Assembly (NCBI GenBank): GCA_965226375.1 | Contig: CBDDCX010000007.1 | Span: forward strand, 576,001-640,000 | Source of the DNA: Longimicrobiales bacterium | Lineage (GTDB): Bacteria > Gemmatimonadota > Gemmatimonadetes > Longimicrobiales > Gaopeijiaceae | DNA: 64,000 bases | Reading direction: 5' to 3' | Shown: positions 42,030 to 54,009 of the stretch, in pieces | Layout of the letters: each line of letters starts with the position of its first letter | Position numbering within the stretch: position 1 is the stretch's first letter | Notes under the pieces: model-generated | Database searches by the model: none | What the model was told of the DNA's origin: nothing | What the model saw: the letters and a program-made list of their open reading frames with translations, nothing else | Position numbers and translations under genes: made by a program

Positions 42030-45000
42030 GAAAATCCCCTACTGTCTCGGTCTGGCCGAGCGTCGAATGCCATAGAACACCTCGATGATGAACCCGGCGA
42101 GGCCCTGCCATGTTCCTGGCACGGGAAGGTCCGGTCCATGACGTTGCGGATGCACTTTTCTTGGCCCGTTCAGTATGGGAAGCCGGTATACGTGATGTAC
42201 ATCGGGCAGAAGATCACGCGGAGGTAGGGATCGATCGTCCCGTGAGCCCGGTAGCCGACTTCCGTAACCTGCGAATCCGGTCGGCCATTACCAGCGCCCC
42301 CGATGACCGGCTAAGCTTCTCATCGGGGCTCGGCAGCATTCCCTCGGGGAGTCTTGGTCTCTGGTTCTTGCGTCGCTCCGGCCAGGTAGGCGCCCAGCCT
42401 TCCGTCGGGTGTGACCGATCCCTGCCGCAGCCGCCCGTTCGTTTTGTATATCCGAAGTGATCCACAGCGTATCGGTGACCGGCTAACCGCCAGCGTAGCA
42501 ACTGGTTACTGAATCATTCGCCAGTTCAACCAGGACTGCGCGATCTGCTGCACTTGCCGTCCTACCATACCTGATGCTGCCGTGCTTAAAGGGCGGGGAA
42601 ACGGCATCAAATGGCGGGTATGACTCAGCGCCGGCGACGACACCGACACGCTCCAGGACGTCGCCGGCAACGACGTCGCCTCCTTCACCACCGGCCAGTC
42701 GGGCGTCCCGGCGGTCACCAACAACTCCACCAACAACGCGGCGACGGGCGAGCCGGCGATTACCGGCACGGCGCAGGCCGGGCAGGAGCTGACCGCCGAC
42801 GCGAGCCCCATCATGGACATCGACGGGCTGACCGGCGTCAGATTTCACCTACAAGTGGTTCCGGGTGGACTCCGACGGCACCTCCAACGAGGCGGAGATT
42901 TCGGGCGAGACCGCCGCCACCTACACCCTGACGAACGACGACGTGGGCAAGAAGGATCAAGGTGCAGGTGAGCTTCACCGACGAGCTGAGCGGCGAGGAA
43001 ATGCGCACCAGCGCGGCGTATCCCTCGTCCGGCACGGTCACCGCCTCCACCAGCACCACCGCGCCCGCGCTGACCAGCGTCACGGTGACCTCGACGCCGC
43101 GCAAGACGACGGACACCTACGGCGCGCGCGAGCACATCGAGTTCTCGATGACCTTCGACGCGCCGGTCACGGTGACCGGCGATCCGACCTTCGCCTTCGA
43201 CCTCGGCGGCGCGACGACGGCGACCTACTACGCGGGCTCGGGCACCGCTACGCTGCGGTTCTCCCACGCCGTGAGTGGCGGGTCAAGCGGCGACGAGGAC
43301 ACGAACGGGATTTCCTGGGCCGAGAACGCGATCGCGCTCAACGGCGGCACCATCGCGGGGACAGACAACGCGGCGGCGGTGGTCCTGACCCACGTCGCCC
43401 AGTCGAACCTGGCGGGGCACAAGGTCGACGGCCGGACGACGGCCGTTACGGCCGCCACGGTCACCGTGGCGGTGACCTCGACGCCGACGTCGCTGGCGGA
43501 CACCTACGGTTTCGGCGAGACGATCGTGATCACGGTCACCGCCAGCGAGGCGGTGGAGGTGGAGGGCGATCCGGAGTTCGAGTTCTCGCTGACCGATATG
43601 GGCGGTGCCGCCAATGACGTGCCGGCCACCTACGATCGCACGCGCAGCACCGCGACGACGATCGTATTCACCTACACGGTGCAGGCGGGCGACCGGGACA
43701 ACAACGGCATCTGGATCGGCGACCACAGCCGAACCTTCATGCTGGACGCGAACGACCGCATCCGCACCGCCTCGCAGCAGATCGACATCGACCGCACCCA
43801 TCCCGAGAAGAGCACGCACGCCGACCACAAGGTGAACGGATCCCTGGGGGCGCCGACCGTACCGCCGGATCCCACGGCGCCGACCCTGGTGTCGGCCACC
43901 GCCACGACGCTCACCATCGAGTGGACGCACCCGGGTGACGGCGGCTCGCCGCTCACTCGCAACTTCATAGAGTACCGGGTGGAGGGCACGACCGACTGGA
44001 CGAACTGGTACCGGGGCGAAACGCCAACGCCGGTGACGTGCACGGTCATCAGGAATCTGCAGGCGGAGACGGCGTACGACGTACGGGTCCATTCCACCAA
44101 TGCGATTGGAAACAGCCAGTGGACCCAGTCGGCGACGGCATTCAGCACGCTGGCCGGCACCGCGGCGACGGGCGCGCCCGCGATTACCGGCACGGCGGCG
44201 GTCGGGCAGCCGCTGGCCGTTGACCTCACGGGCATCGAGGACGCGGACGGCCTGACCAATGTCAGCTACAGCTACCAGTGGGTGCGGGTGGATGCGGACG
44301 GCCTGTCCAACGAGGTGGACATCACCGACGCGACCGACGCGACCTACACCCTGGCCGACGCCGACCTGGGCACGACCCTCAAGGTGCGGGTGACCTTCGA
44401 CGACGACGCCGGCAATACCGAGACGCTGACCAGCGCGGCGACGGCGACGGTGACCACTGCGGCCGGTGTCCCTGGTTCGCCGACAATCGTGTCCGCAACG
44501 GTAGGGGTCGGGCAGGTCGTGCTGGTATGGGGGCGTCCAGACGGTCGTGCAGAATGGTCCCACTACGAATACCGCTCTTCGGCGGGGGACATGATTGCGC
44601 CGGACGCGATGTGGCAACAAGTCTCGCGCAGCCCCGGTACGCCAAATCAGGCGTATTACCAGGTGGTCAAGGGTCTGACGAGCGGCACGACCCATACCCT
44701 CCAGGTTCGTGCGGTAAACGCTCAAGGCGGAGGCGCGCCGGCGACCGTGACCGCGACACCACTATCACAGCCGTCCTGCACCATCGACGCGTTAGGCGAC
44801 CAGCGCCGGCTCTGGCAGGGCCAACTGGTAGCAGGGATACGCGAAATTCATACCGATGGAAAGGTACAGGCAGGGTATGGGCAGGAAGAGGGAACGATAG
44901 AGACTGGAACCCTGACACCTGATGCGTTCACCTTCCGTTCAACCACGTATTCCGTTATCACGTGGACATCCGGCGATCTTCTCACCGTTGTCCTAGTCGA

Positions 45001-46516
45001 CCCAGACTTCACTGTCTGGTACCCACGAGAAGAGGTGGTCGACGCATTGAGGTGGCATGTCTGCAACACGCCCTACGACTTCAGCAATGCGCAGACAACA
45101 ACGCCGGAAGACCTCTTTACATCTTTTACTGGCTATAGGTGGAACGTTGGCTCCATCTGGCCGCCCGGCATCGAGCGCACGCTGCGGCTGAGCCTGCCGC
45201 CGAACCATGCGGCGACGGGTGACCCGGTCATTTCCGGCACGGTCCAGGTGGGTGCAGAGCTGACGGCCTTGACGGACGGCATCATGGATGACGACGTCCT
45301 GGACGACGTGTTCACCTACCAGTGGGTGCGGGTGGACGCCGACGGCACGTCGAACGAGGAGGACATCACCGACGCGACCGACGCCACCTACACCCTGACC
45401 GCCGACGAGCGGGGCAAGAAGGTCAAGGTCGAGGTGCGCTTCACCGACATCCTGGGCGGCGAGGAGACACGCACCAGCGCGCCGACGGCGACGCTCGCGG
45501 GAGTGCCGAACACCGCTGCGACGGGCGCGCCGACCATCACGGGCACGGCGCAGGTGGGCCAGACGCTGACGGCGGTCACCACCGGCATCATGGATGCCGA
45601 CGGGCTGACCAGCCCCAATTACACGTACCAGTGGATCCGGGTGGACGGCACGGACGAGGCGGACATTGCGGGCGAGAATTCGAGCACCTACACCCTGGTC
45701 GACGCCGACCTGGGCACGACCCTCAAGGTGCGGGTGACCTTCGACGACGACCTCGGCCATACCGAGACGCTCACCAGCGCGGCGACGGCGACGGTGGGCG
45801 CGGTAGCGACCGGCCCCCCGACGGTGAACGATGTGGCGGTCACGTCAACGCCGGCCTCGGGCACCACCTACTACCTCGCGGGCGAGGTCATCGAATTCAC
45901 CGTGACGTTCAGCGCCCCGGTGACGGTGACCGCCACACCGAAGTTCGCGTTCAGGCTGGGCGCGGCGACGCGGCAGGCCGCTTACGCGAGCGGCTCGGGC
46001 AGCGCGGCGTTGGTGTTCGCCCGGACGGTGCAGGCAGGCGAGGTCGATCGCAACGGCATCTCGTGGAATGCGATCGCGCTCGCCCTCGACGGCGGGACCA
46101 TCACGCAGACGGGCGCGACGACGGCCGCGAGCCTGACCCACGCCGAGCAGGCGCCGCTGGAGGGGCACCGGGTGGACGCCGCCCCGCCGATGCAGGTCTC
46201 GGCGTCGGTGCATGGGATGTCGCTGGTGCTGGTCTACGACGAGCCGCTCGATCCGGCCTCGATGCCGGCGACGGGCGCGTATACGGTGACGGCGACGGTC
46301 GGAGCCACCACCACGAACCCGGCGGTGTCGGAGGTGTCGATATACGGCATCTGGGTGACGCTGACACTGGACGCGGCGCCGGCTGCGGGCGCGACGGTGA
46401 CGCTGGCGTACGCGCCGCCGGCGTCGAACCCGGTGCAGGACGAGGCGGGCAACGATGCGCCGGCGTTCAGCGGCCAGTCGGTGAGGCTGGGCCCGCCGCC
46501 GCCGCCACCGCCGCCG

Positions 46517-47121
46517 GTGACGGACCTTGCGCAGGTGATGGGGGTGGGGGTCGTCCCGGGCAACGCGCAGCTGGTGGTGACCTGGACGGCGGTGTCCACC
46601 GCCACGGGCTACACGGTGCAGTGGATGTCGAGCGGACAGGGCTACAACATCGGCGACCGGCAGGCCACGGTCACGACGGGGTCGACCACGCGCTACACGA
46701 TTCCCAGCCTCACCAACGGCACGGAATACACGGTGCGGGTGATCGCGACCCGAACCGGCGCCGACGACGGCCCGCCCTCGGACGAGATGACGGGGACGCC
46801 GAGAGTGCCGCCACCCGCCGCCGCCGCCACCGCCGCCGGTGACGGACCTTGCGCAGGTGATGGGGGTGGGGGTCGCCCCGGGCAACGCGCAGCTGGTGGT
46901 GACCTGGACGGCGGTGTCCACCGCCACGGGCTACACGGTGCAGTGGATGTCGAGCGGACAGGGCTACAACACCGGCGACCGGCAGGCCACGGTCACGCCG
47001 GGGTCGACCACGCGCTACACGATTCCCGGCCTCACCAACGGCACGGAATACACGGTGCGGGTGATCGCGACCCGGACGGGCGCCACCGACGGCCCGCCCT
47101 CGGACGAGATGACGGGGACGC
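46517..47121 (+). repeat. Near-identical tandem Fn3 module duplication (period 322 bp)
   Basis: VTDLAQVMGVGV..GNAQLVVTW..PPSDEMTGTP at 46517 and 46839. Confidence 0.9.
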
Positions 47122-48967
47122 CCTTCACCACGCCGGAATACGGCGCGCCGCAGCACCTGCGGGGGGAGCCGGGCGACGCACAGGTGACGCTGACCTGGGA
47201 TGCCCCGTCGAGCGATGGCGGGTCCGCGATCCTCCGCTACGAGTATGCGATCGACGACAGCGGGACTTGGATCGACGCGGGCCTCGATCTGGAGGAAACG
47301 GTGCCGGGCCTGACGAACGGCCAGCAGTACGCGTTCGAGGTGCGGGCGGTGAACAGCGCCGGCCCCGGTGCGCCGGCGAGGACGGCGGCCACGCCGCTCG
47401 GCATGCCGAGTGTGCCCGAGTCGCTCACGGCCACTGGGGGCGACGGCGAGGTCGTCCTGGAGTGGACCGAGCCCGCGGACGATGGCGGCTCGCCTGTGAC
47501 GGGCTACGAGTACCGCTACGCCGCAGGCCAGGCTGTGCCGGAAGACGTCACCTGGCGGGACGCGGGCACCGAGCTCACGGCGACGGTCTCGGGGCTGGAG
47601 AACGAGACGCGCTACACGTTCGAGGTGCGGGCGCGCAACCGTGTGGGCCCCGGGGAGACATCGGGGACGACGGCCCTGCCGCTTCGGCTGCGGGCGGAGC
47701 TGTTCAGCTCGGCGGCGACGGAAGGCGAGGCGCTCGTGGTTGGGGTGCGCCGGAGCGGGAGGCTCACGTTTCCGGCCCACGCCTACATCGGCGTGACGGA
47801 CAGCGCGTTGCCTGGCGTGACGGCAACGGACGAGGGGCGCGACGACGGGCTCGGCCGCCAGCGTCTGGAGTTCGCGGCGGGCGCAGCCGAGTCGACAGTG
47901 ACGGTCACGGTGGCCTTCGACGGCGAACGCCGGCAGGACCGGGTGCTGAGCGCGACGCTCGATTCCGCGGAACTGGAGGTCGACGGCGTAAGGCGGCCCT
48001 ATGAACTCGTCACGCCGACACTGGTTGTTCCGGTGACGGAGGGGGACGCAGGGCTGTCGGTGGCCGATGCCCGGGTGCAGGGCAAGAGCTCGGTGCTGGC
48101 GTTCACGGTGAGCATGGACCGCACGCGGGACGTTGCGGTGCGGGTGGACTACGCGACGGAGGACGGCGCGGCGCGGGCGGGAGAGGACTACACACCGGTC
48201 TCGGGCACGTTGACGATCGAGGCCGGCGGGCGGGAGCGCACGGTGGAGGTGCCGGTGCTTCCGGCGCTGCACGTGACGGGCGAACGGACGCTCACCCTGA
48301 GGCTGTCGAATGCCGTGAGCGCGGTGATCGACGACGGGGTGGCGACGGGCGTGATCGTTCGCGAATCGGAGCTGCCCAAGGCGTGGCTGGCGCGGTTCGG
48401 GCGGACGGCGTCGGACCACGCGGCGCAGGCGATCGCGAGGCGCCTCGAAGCCGGGCAGCGGGAGACACAGGTGACGGTGGCGGGCCGGCGTGTGGACGGC
48501 CTGTCGGTGGACGGCCTGCTGTCGGGGGTGCTGCCGTCGGGCGGATGGAGGCCGGCTTCGGCTGTTGAGGACATGGCGACCAGGCTGGCGGCGCCCGCTC
48601 TGGCGGCTTCGGGCGCGCCGTTCGGCGGCGTGGACGCGGATCCCGGCACCCCTGGCCTGCGTGCCGGCACGTGGGGTGGGGCTCCGGGCGCGTTGGACCG
48701 GGAGCCTTTCGCAGATGCCGGGCAGACGCTGCGCCGTGCCGTTCTACCCGACTTCGGGTTCCGGCTGCCGGGCGCGGAGGAAGCGCTCATGGGCACCTCG
48801 TTCTACGTCGAGCGCGGAGCGCAGCAGGACGTGGGCGGCGGCACGTGGGCGGCGTGGGGCGACGTGGCGGCGACGCGCTTCGAGGGGGACGCGGGAGGAC
48901 TCGCGCTCAACGGCGACGTGGTGACGGGCACGGCGGGGCTGGACCGGCAGTGGAGGGCGGTGCTCGT

Positions 48968-50324
48968 GGTCAAGTCGCTCCTCGATGCTTCTGTTAGGCT
49001 GCCTTGGCGACCTCCTTCGGTTCGAGAAGCGTGAGATCCAGGTAGCGACGTTCGCTCCAGGCCGCAGTAGTCCTTAGAGCAACCGCAGTGATGAGGCGGA
49101 GCGCGCTGGCTCGGTCGGGGAAGGCGCCGGCGCTCCGGATCCGACGCTTGATCTCGGTGTGCAGGCGCTCGAGGCTGTTCGTGGTGCGCAGTCGGGCCCA
49201 GTGCGGGCTCGGGGAACGCGTAGAACTGGGTGGCGGCCGTGAAGCCCCGCTCAAGCACGTTGACTGCCTCGGGGAGCTCCTTGTGCCAGCGCGCCGTGAT
49301 CTCGGCCAGGCGCTTCTTCGACTCAGCGAGCCCGGGGGCCCGGAAGACGGCGGCAACCTCGCGCGCCACACGCTTGCGCAGGCGATGCGGGACCTTGGCC
49401 AGCACGTTGCGTTGCAGGTGGACAGTACAGCGCTGGCAGCGCACCTCGGGCAGGAAGCGGCGCACCGCGGCTGCCAGGCCCGCGTGCTCATCCGCGATCA
49501 CGAGCTGGACGCCGCTGAGACCACGCTCCAGGAGTTGCTCGAGGAGCTCCGACCAGCTGTTCTCCGATTCCTCAGGGCCCAGCGTGATGCCCAGGAGCCG
49601 GCGGTGGCCGTCCGGGCCCACGGCGTAGGCCACGAGCGCGCTCACGTTCTCGACCTTTCGGGCCCAGCGGGCATCGAGGAACGTCGCGTCCAGGCAGGTA
49701 GGGGTGGGCCCCTCGATGGGTGCACTCCGCAGCGTTTGCACGCCCTCGTCGAGCCGCTTCGCGACCCGGCTCACCGTCGAGCGTCCCACGCGCTCACCCA
49801 TGAGTGCCTCGGTCACGTCGGCGCTGGACACGCCGCTCACGTAGGCCTCCACCATCATCGCATCGACTTCTTCACTCCTGCGCTGGTAGCGACCCATCAC
49901 GTCGGCGGGCGAGCCGCCTTCCCGGCTGCGCGGGACCGTCACGTCGATCTGACCCAGGCTCGTAAGCAGGCGCCTCAGATACGTCCCGTTCCTGTGGCCC
50001 TTCCGGCTGCCGACCCGCTCGAATCGTCGCGCTCCGACCATCGCCTTCAACTCCTCCTCCAACACCATCTCGAGCGTTAGCCGGATCGCGCCCTGAAACA
50101 GCGACTTCAAATCCTGACGCAGCTCGTCTTGCGTGGCCCGCTCAACTTCGACCATCTTTTCCATGAGGAAGCTCCTTGTTCCGGTTCCGACCTGCTCACG
50201 CAGGCCGGACTCCCGGGTTCATGTGATGATGAACAATTCACAAGGAGCTTCCTCTTTCTTTTCCGGGCTGTCCACCCTCCTCGGACGCCCTCACCCCCTT
50301 TTACACAATCTTAGTGACACTACC
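48968..50324 (-). mobile_element. IS256-family element (transposase 48994-50164, frameshifted) with 9-bp target duplication GGTGCTCGT
   Basis: RNGTY.R.L, LDA, IADEH, QRCTVH, RTTNSLERL; duplication at 48959-48967 and 50325-50333. Confidence 0.93.
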
Positions 50325-51889
50325 GGTGCTCGTCGGGCTCGCGCTCTCGAGAAGCAGCGGTGAGGGAGGGTATGGCACGGGCGCGGGGACGATCGCGAGC
50401 ACGCTCACGAGTGTGCATCCGTACGTGCAAGTCCGGCTTGGGGAGCGCGCGCAGGTGTGGGGCGCGGCGGGCTGGGGCCGTGGCGGACTCGAGATCACGC
50501 CGGAGAGCGGGGCCGCGCTCGAGGCGGACCTGAGGAACTCGATGGCGGCGGCGGGTGCCCGGGCGGTGCTCATGGGTGCCGGTGCGCTCGAGATCGCGCT
50601 GCGTTCCGACTTCCTCTGGACGGAGACGTCCTCGGACGGGACCGCCGCGCTGGCGGAGGCGGTGGGCACGGCGAGCCGCGGGCGGCTGATGCTCGAGGGC
50701 GCGGGCCAGATCCAAGGGCTCGGAGGCGTCGTGCGTCCCAAGGTCGAGGGCGGCGTGCGCTACGACCGGGGGGACGCGGAGACCGGACGAGGATTCGAGG
50801 TGGGCGGCGGACTCGACTGGGCCCGGGGATCGCTGACGCTCCAAGTCAACGGGCGGATGCTCGTCGCCCACGCTGACGAGTCCTACGAGGAGTGGGGCTA
50901 CAGCGGCTCGCTCGTCTACGAGCCGGGCGCCGATGGCCTGGGTCTCCAGATGCGGGTCGGATCGAGCGCCGGGGCGGCGGCGAGCGGCATCCGGAACCTG
51001 TGGGCGCTGGAGAACGCCAGCGGCTTCGTGCGCGGGGGCGCCGTGCCCTTCGCGCGACGCTTCGACGCAGAGGTCGGCTACGGGCTCGGGCGCGGAACGC
51101 TCTGGTATCCCTACTTCGTCGCCGACGATTCCGGCCGGACGAGGTACGGCCTGAAGCTCAGCTCGGGCCGGAGGATGGGCGTCGGCCTCGAGTTCGGGCG
51201 AAGGGAGAGTGTGGACCTTGGGCCCCAGGACGCGATGCTCCTCCGGGGGGAGCTCAGGTTCTAGCGGCCGGCGCTCTCCGAAGTGAACGCGACTCGAGGG
51301 ATGCGTCCGTGCCGGCGTCTACGGTATGGCGGGGTTCGTGCGCGTGGCCCCCGCCCCGGCGCTCGTGGCCGGCGGCGGGCTCGCCTTCGCCGAGTCGGCC
51401 CTCGACCACGCCGAGCTCAAGATCCCGAATGTCGCCCTGACGCCCGGGAGAATCCCTAGACAGCGACATCATCCCAGGCTGCAGTCGCAGCATTCGGTAA
51501 CCACCGGCGCAACACCGCCATCAGCTTCGCGGACGACGACGTCACCTAGGGCCACCGAGGTGACGCTCGCGGTCGCGTCCGGAACAGAATCCCGCATCGG
51601 TTCGCCTGCTGCCGCGATGGCCGTCCGGCATCTGGAACGCGGCATCCTCCACTCGTGCGCTCCAACACTCTCGGCTCTCCCGTGGCGTCGGCTTCCGTCC
51701 CGGTGCCCTGAGGTGGCCGCCCCTGCTCACATCGACGTGATGCGCCGAGCTGTAGCCGCGCCCCGCGACTCCCCGGCCAGCCTTCGAGTCACCTGGACGC
51801 ACCCTCCGGGACAATATCGGGTCGTGCTCGGACGGACGCCGCCGTCGGCGTGCGGATCTTCGCAGGCCGCGTCCCGACCGGTAGGCGCC

Positions 51890-52200
51890 ATGGAGACGCT
51901 GACGAAGCAGTTCGAATCGCGAGTGGGTGCATCCCTCGAGCGCACGGGCCTGAAGCCGTCGACGTTCGGCCTGCGGGCGGTGGGCTATCTCAACCCGGTG
52001 CGTCAGCTCCGTCCTGGCCGATCACCGAGACTGGCGATGGCCTGCCAGGTCCCCGTGTTCATCGAAGCCTGCCGCCGGGCCCATGTGGCCCCTGTTCCCT
52101 CCCCCGGGGCAACGCGCCCCGGAATTCTTCCCCGAACAGAACGGAGGCAGACCGATGACCAGAGCAATGGAACAGGGCATGGACGCGCCCGCGCGCAGTT
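51890..52200 (+). pseudogene. Degenerate paralog of the Cro-like/AlpA gene at 52876
   Basis: METLTKQFESRVGASLERTGLKPSTFGLRAVG...GRSPRL aligns with MQTLEEQFNTRLNAFLGSTGLRPTTLGMQAVG...GRSPSL. Confidence 0.75.
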
Positions 52201-52794
52201 TCTGTTCGGGAAGAACGCTTTGTTCGGCCGGAGGATCAGCCAGAAGGAACAAGCCCAAGACGCCCACGACCAGGAATCCGATGTGCTCCGCCCGCCCAAA
52301 CGCGAAGCTGGATTCCTCCGACGACAGCGCGGCGATTGACCATGCTGTGATCCCCGCGAACGCCAGACCGAGACCTGCGCGGATGAGCTGGCCGAGACTC
52401 CGAATCCACTCCGCCACTTCCTCTTCCTCCGCTCCGAAGATATCGCGGATGAGCTGGCCGACGTTCCGAGCCCACGCTTTCTCTCTCCGCGTCACAAATC
52501 GAGCCAAAAATATAAGAGTCGTCCTGTTCGGAGCGACTCTCGAAGCCCTTGATCCGTTGCCGCGGCAGGCCCGGCATCCCGCTCGGCGACCGCCCCGCGC
52601 CCCGGCATGTGAAACCTGTCATTTCCGTGTGGGCGACGCCAAGTCGGCCGTGCCCGGGCCGACCTTCCGGTCGAGCCTCGCACCCCACCCCCCCGGCCTC
52701 GCATCCCCTGCCTCGCGGGGGCGTGCGCCACTGCACTGGCGGCGGCCTCCAGAGCCTCCCGGACAACGTCGGATAACTACGTGCACCACGGACA

Positions 52795-52820
52795 CTTAGG
52801 AGATTTCCTAAGAGTTGACT
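52795..52820 (+). promoter_or_regulatory. Palindromic operator next to a -35 hexamer upstream of the T4SS operon
   Basis: CTTAGGA-GATT-TCCTAAG then TTGACT; no clear -10. Confidence 0.5.
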
Positions 52821-52875
52821 TCCTGGCAAAGGCCCCTTCAACGTTACGGGCCATGACACGGTTGGAACGGCTCTC

Positions 52876-53400
52876 ATGCAGACCCTGGAGGAGCAATTCA
52901 ACACACGGCTGAACGCGTTTCTGGGCAGCACGGGCCTGAGGCCGACGACGCTCGGCATGCAGGCGGTGGGCGACCCGAGCCTGTTACGCCAGATCGAGCG
53001 GGGACGCTCGCCGTCGCTCAGGACGGCGGACCGGATTCTGGCCTTCATGGCCGCCTACGAGCAGGACTCGGGCGGCGCGAGGGCTCCGCCCGGCCGCCTG
53101 GCCGGGCCGGGGCCGGCGACGCGGGGGAGGAAGGCGAACCGGAGCAGAGCGATGAGTGAACAACCGATCGAACAGAGAACGAACCCGCCGATCCGTTTCC
53201 TGCGGATCTCGGCTGTCGAGGCGCTGACGGGCCTGTCGCGGACCACGATCTACGACTGGTCGGCACAGGGGCGCTTCCCCCGGGCGGTCCGGCTGAGCGA
53301 GCGCGCGGTGCGCTGGATCGAGTCGGAGGTCGAGGAATGGATGGATGACCGGATCGAGCAGGGCCGGGGCGGGGACGCCTCGGCGGCAAAACACAACTGA
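52876..53400 (+). CDS. Cro-like HTH fused to AlpA-family excisionase/regulator
   Basis: FLRISAVEALTGLSRTTIY...FP..VRLSERAVRW.ESEVEEW. Confidence 0.85.
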   Translation: MQTLEEQFNTRLNAFLGSTGLRPTTLGMQAVGDPSLLRQIERGRSPSLRTADRILAFMAAYEQDSGGARAPPGRLAGPGPATRGRKANRSRAMSEQPIEQRTNPPIRFLRISAVEALTGLSRTTIYDWSAQGRFPRAVRLSERAVRWIESEVEEWMDDRIEQGRGGDASAAKHN

Positions 53401-53419
53401 ACCCCAAGGAGGAGAGAGA

Positions 53420-53707
53420 ATGAGAACGTTGTCGAGAACGCTGCAAGCGGCGGCCTGGGCCACGCTGTGGTTGCTGTTCCCCGGGGTGCTGTGGGCTCAG
53501 GGGACGAGCCCGTGGGTGGAGGCGGTGAACGAGCTGCAGGCGCAGTTCACGGGTCCGATCGCGCGGGGGCTGTCGCTGATCGCGATCGTGGTGGGCGGGC
53601 TGATGTTCGCGTTCGGCGAGGGCGGTAGCAAGCGGACGCTGGCCGGGATCATCTTCGGTCTCGGGATGGCGATGGGCGCGGCGAACTTCCTGGCCTGGCT
53701 GTTCTGA
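53420..53707 (+). CDS. virB2: VirB2/TrbC pilin
   Basis: Signal peptide; PW..A...L...FTGPIA..LSLIAIVVGGL. Confidence 0.85.
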   Translation: MRTLSRTLQAAAWATLWLLFPGVLWAQGTSPWVEAVNELQAQFTGPIARGLSLIAIVVGGLMFAFGEGGSKRTLAGIIFGLGMAMGAANFLAWLF

Positions 53708-54009
53708 TGCGGGGTCTGAGGCGCTGGGCCGGCTATGCGGCGCTGAACCGTCCGCTGACGATCCTGGGCGTGGAGCGTAGGGGGTTTCTCCTCGTCGCGA
53801 CGCTCGGGCTCGCGATGTGGAACGCGACGGCTTCGCTCGTGACGGGCGGCGTGGTGTTCGCGGTGGGCTACGGGGCCGGGTGGCTGGCCGGCCGCAAAGA
53901 CCCGGACATGCTTGGCGTGCTACGGGCCGGGACGCGTTACCCGGCGCGGTTCGACCCGGGCAAGTGGGCCGAAGAGCCGTGGCATCTCGTGATCCGGAGC
54001 GGGCGATGA
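53707..54009 (+). CDS. virB3: VirB3/TrbD
   Basis: ALNRPLTILGVER; two TMs; RKDP. Confidence 0.8.
   Translation: MRGLRRWAGYAALNRPLTILGVERRGFLLVATLGLAMWNATASLVTGGVVFAVGYGAGWLAGRKDPDMLGVLRAGTRYPARFDPGKWAEEPWHLVIRSGR

Larger units (their letters stand above)
42626..51264 (+). pseudogene. Giant modular adhesin/autotransporter-like protein (Ig-like, Fn3, SwmB-like, Calx-beta, C-terminal beta-barrel); 5'-truncated, frameshifted, split by IS256
   Basis: Repeated ATGAPTITG..VGQ.L..YQW.R domains; Fn3 W...GL.NGT.YTVRV; YATEDG.A.AGEDY; AWLARFGRT linker; terminal ELRF. Confidence 0.85.

Noticed and set aside
42030..42625. Gene or structured RNA between hsdM and the adhesin
   Set aside because: No convincing ORF, motif or fold could be recognised by eye
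43283..48419. Long antisense and alternate-frame ORFs (e.g. 43283-44725, 45322-46842, 46710-48419)
   Set aside because: Arg/Gly/Pro-rich shadow ORFs typical of high-GC coding DNA
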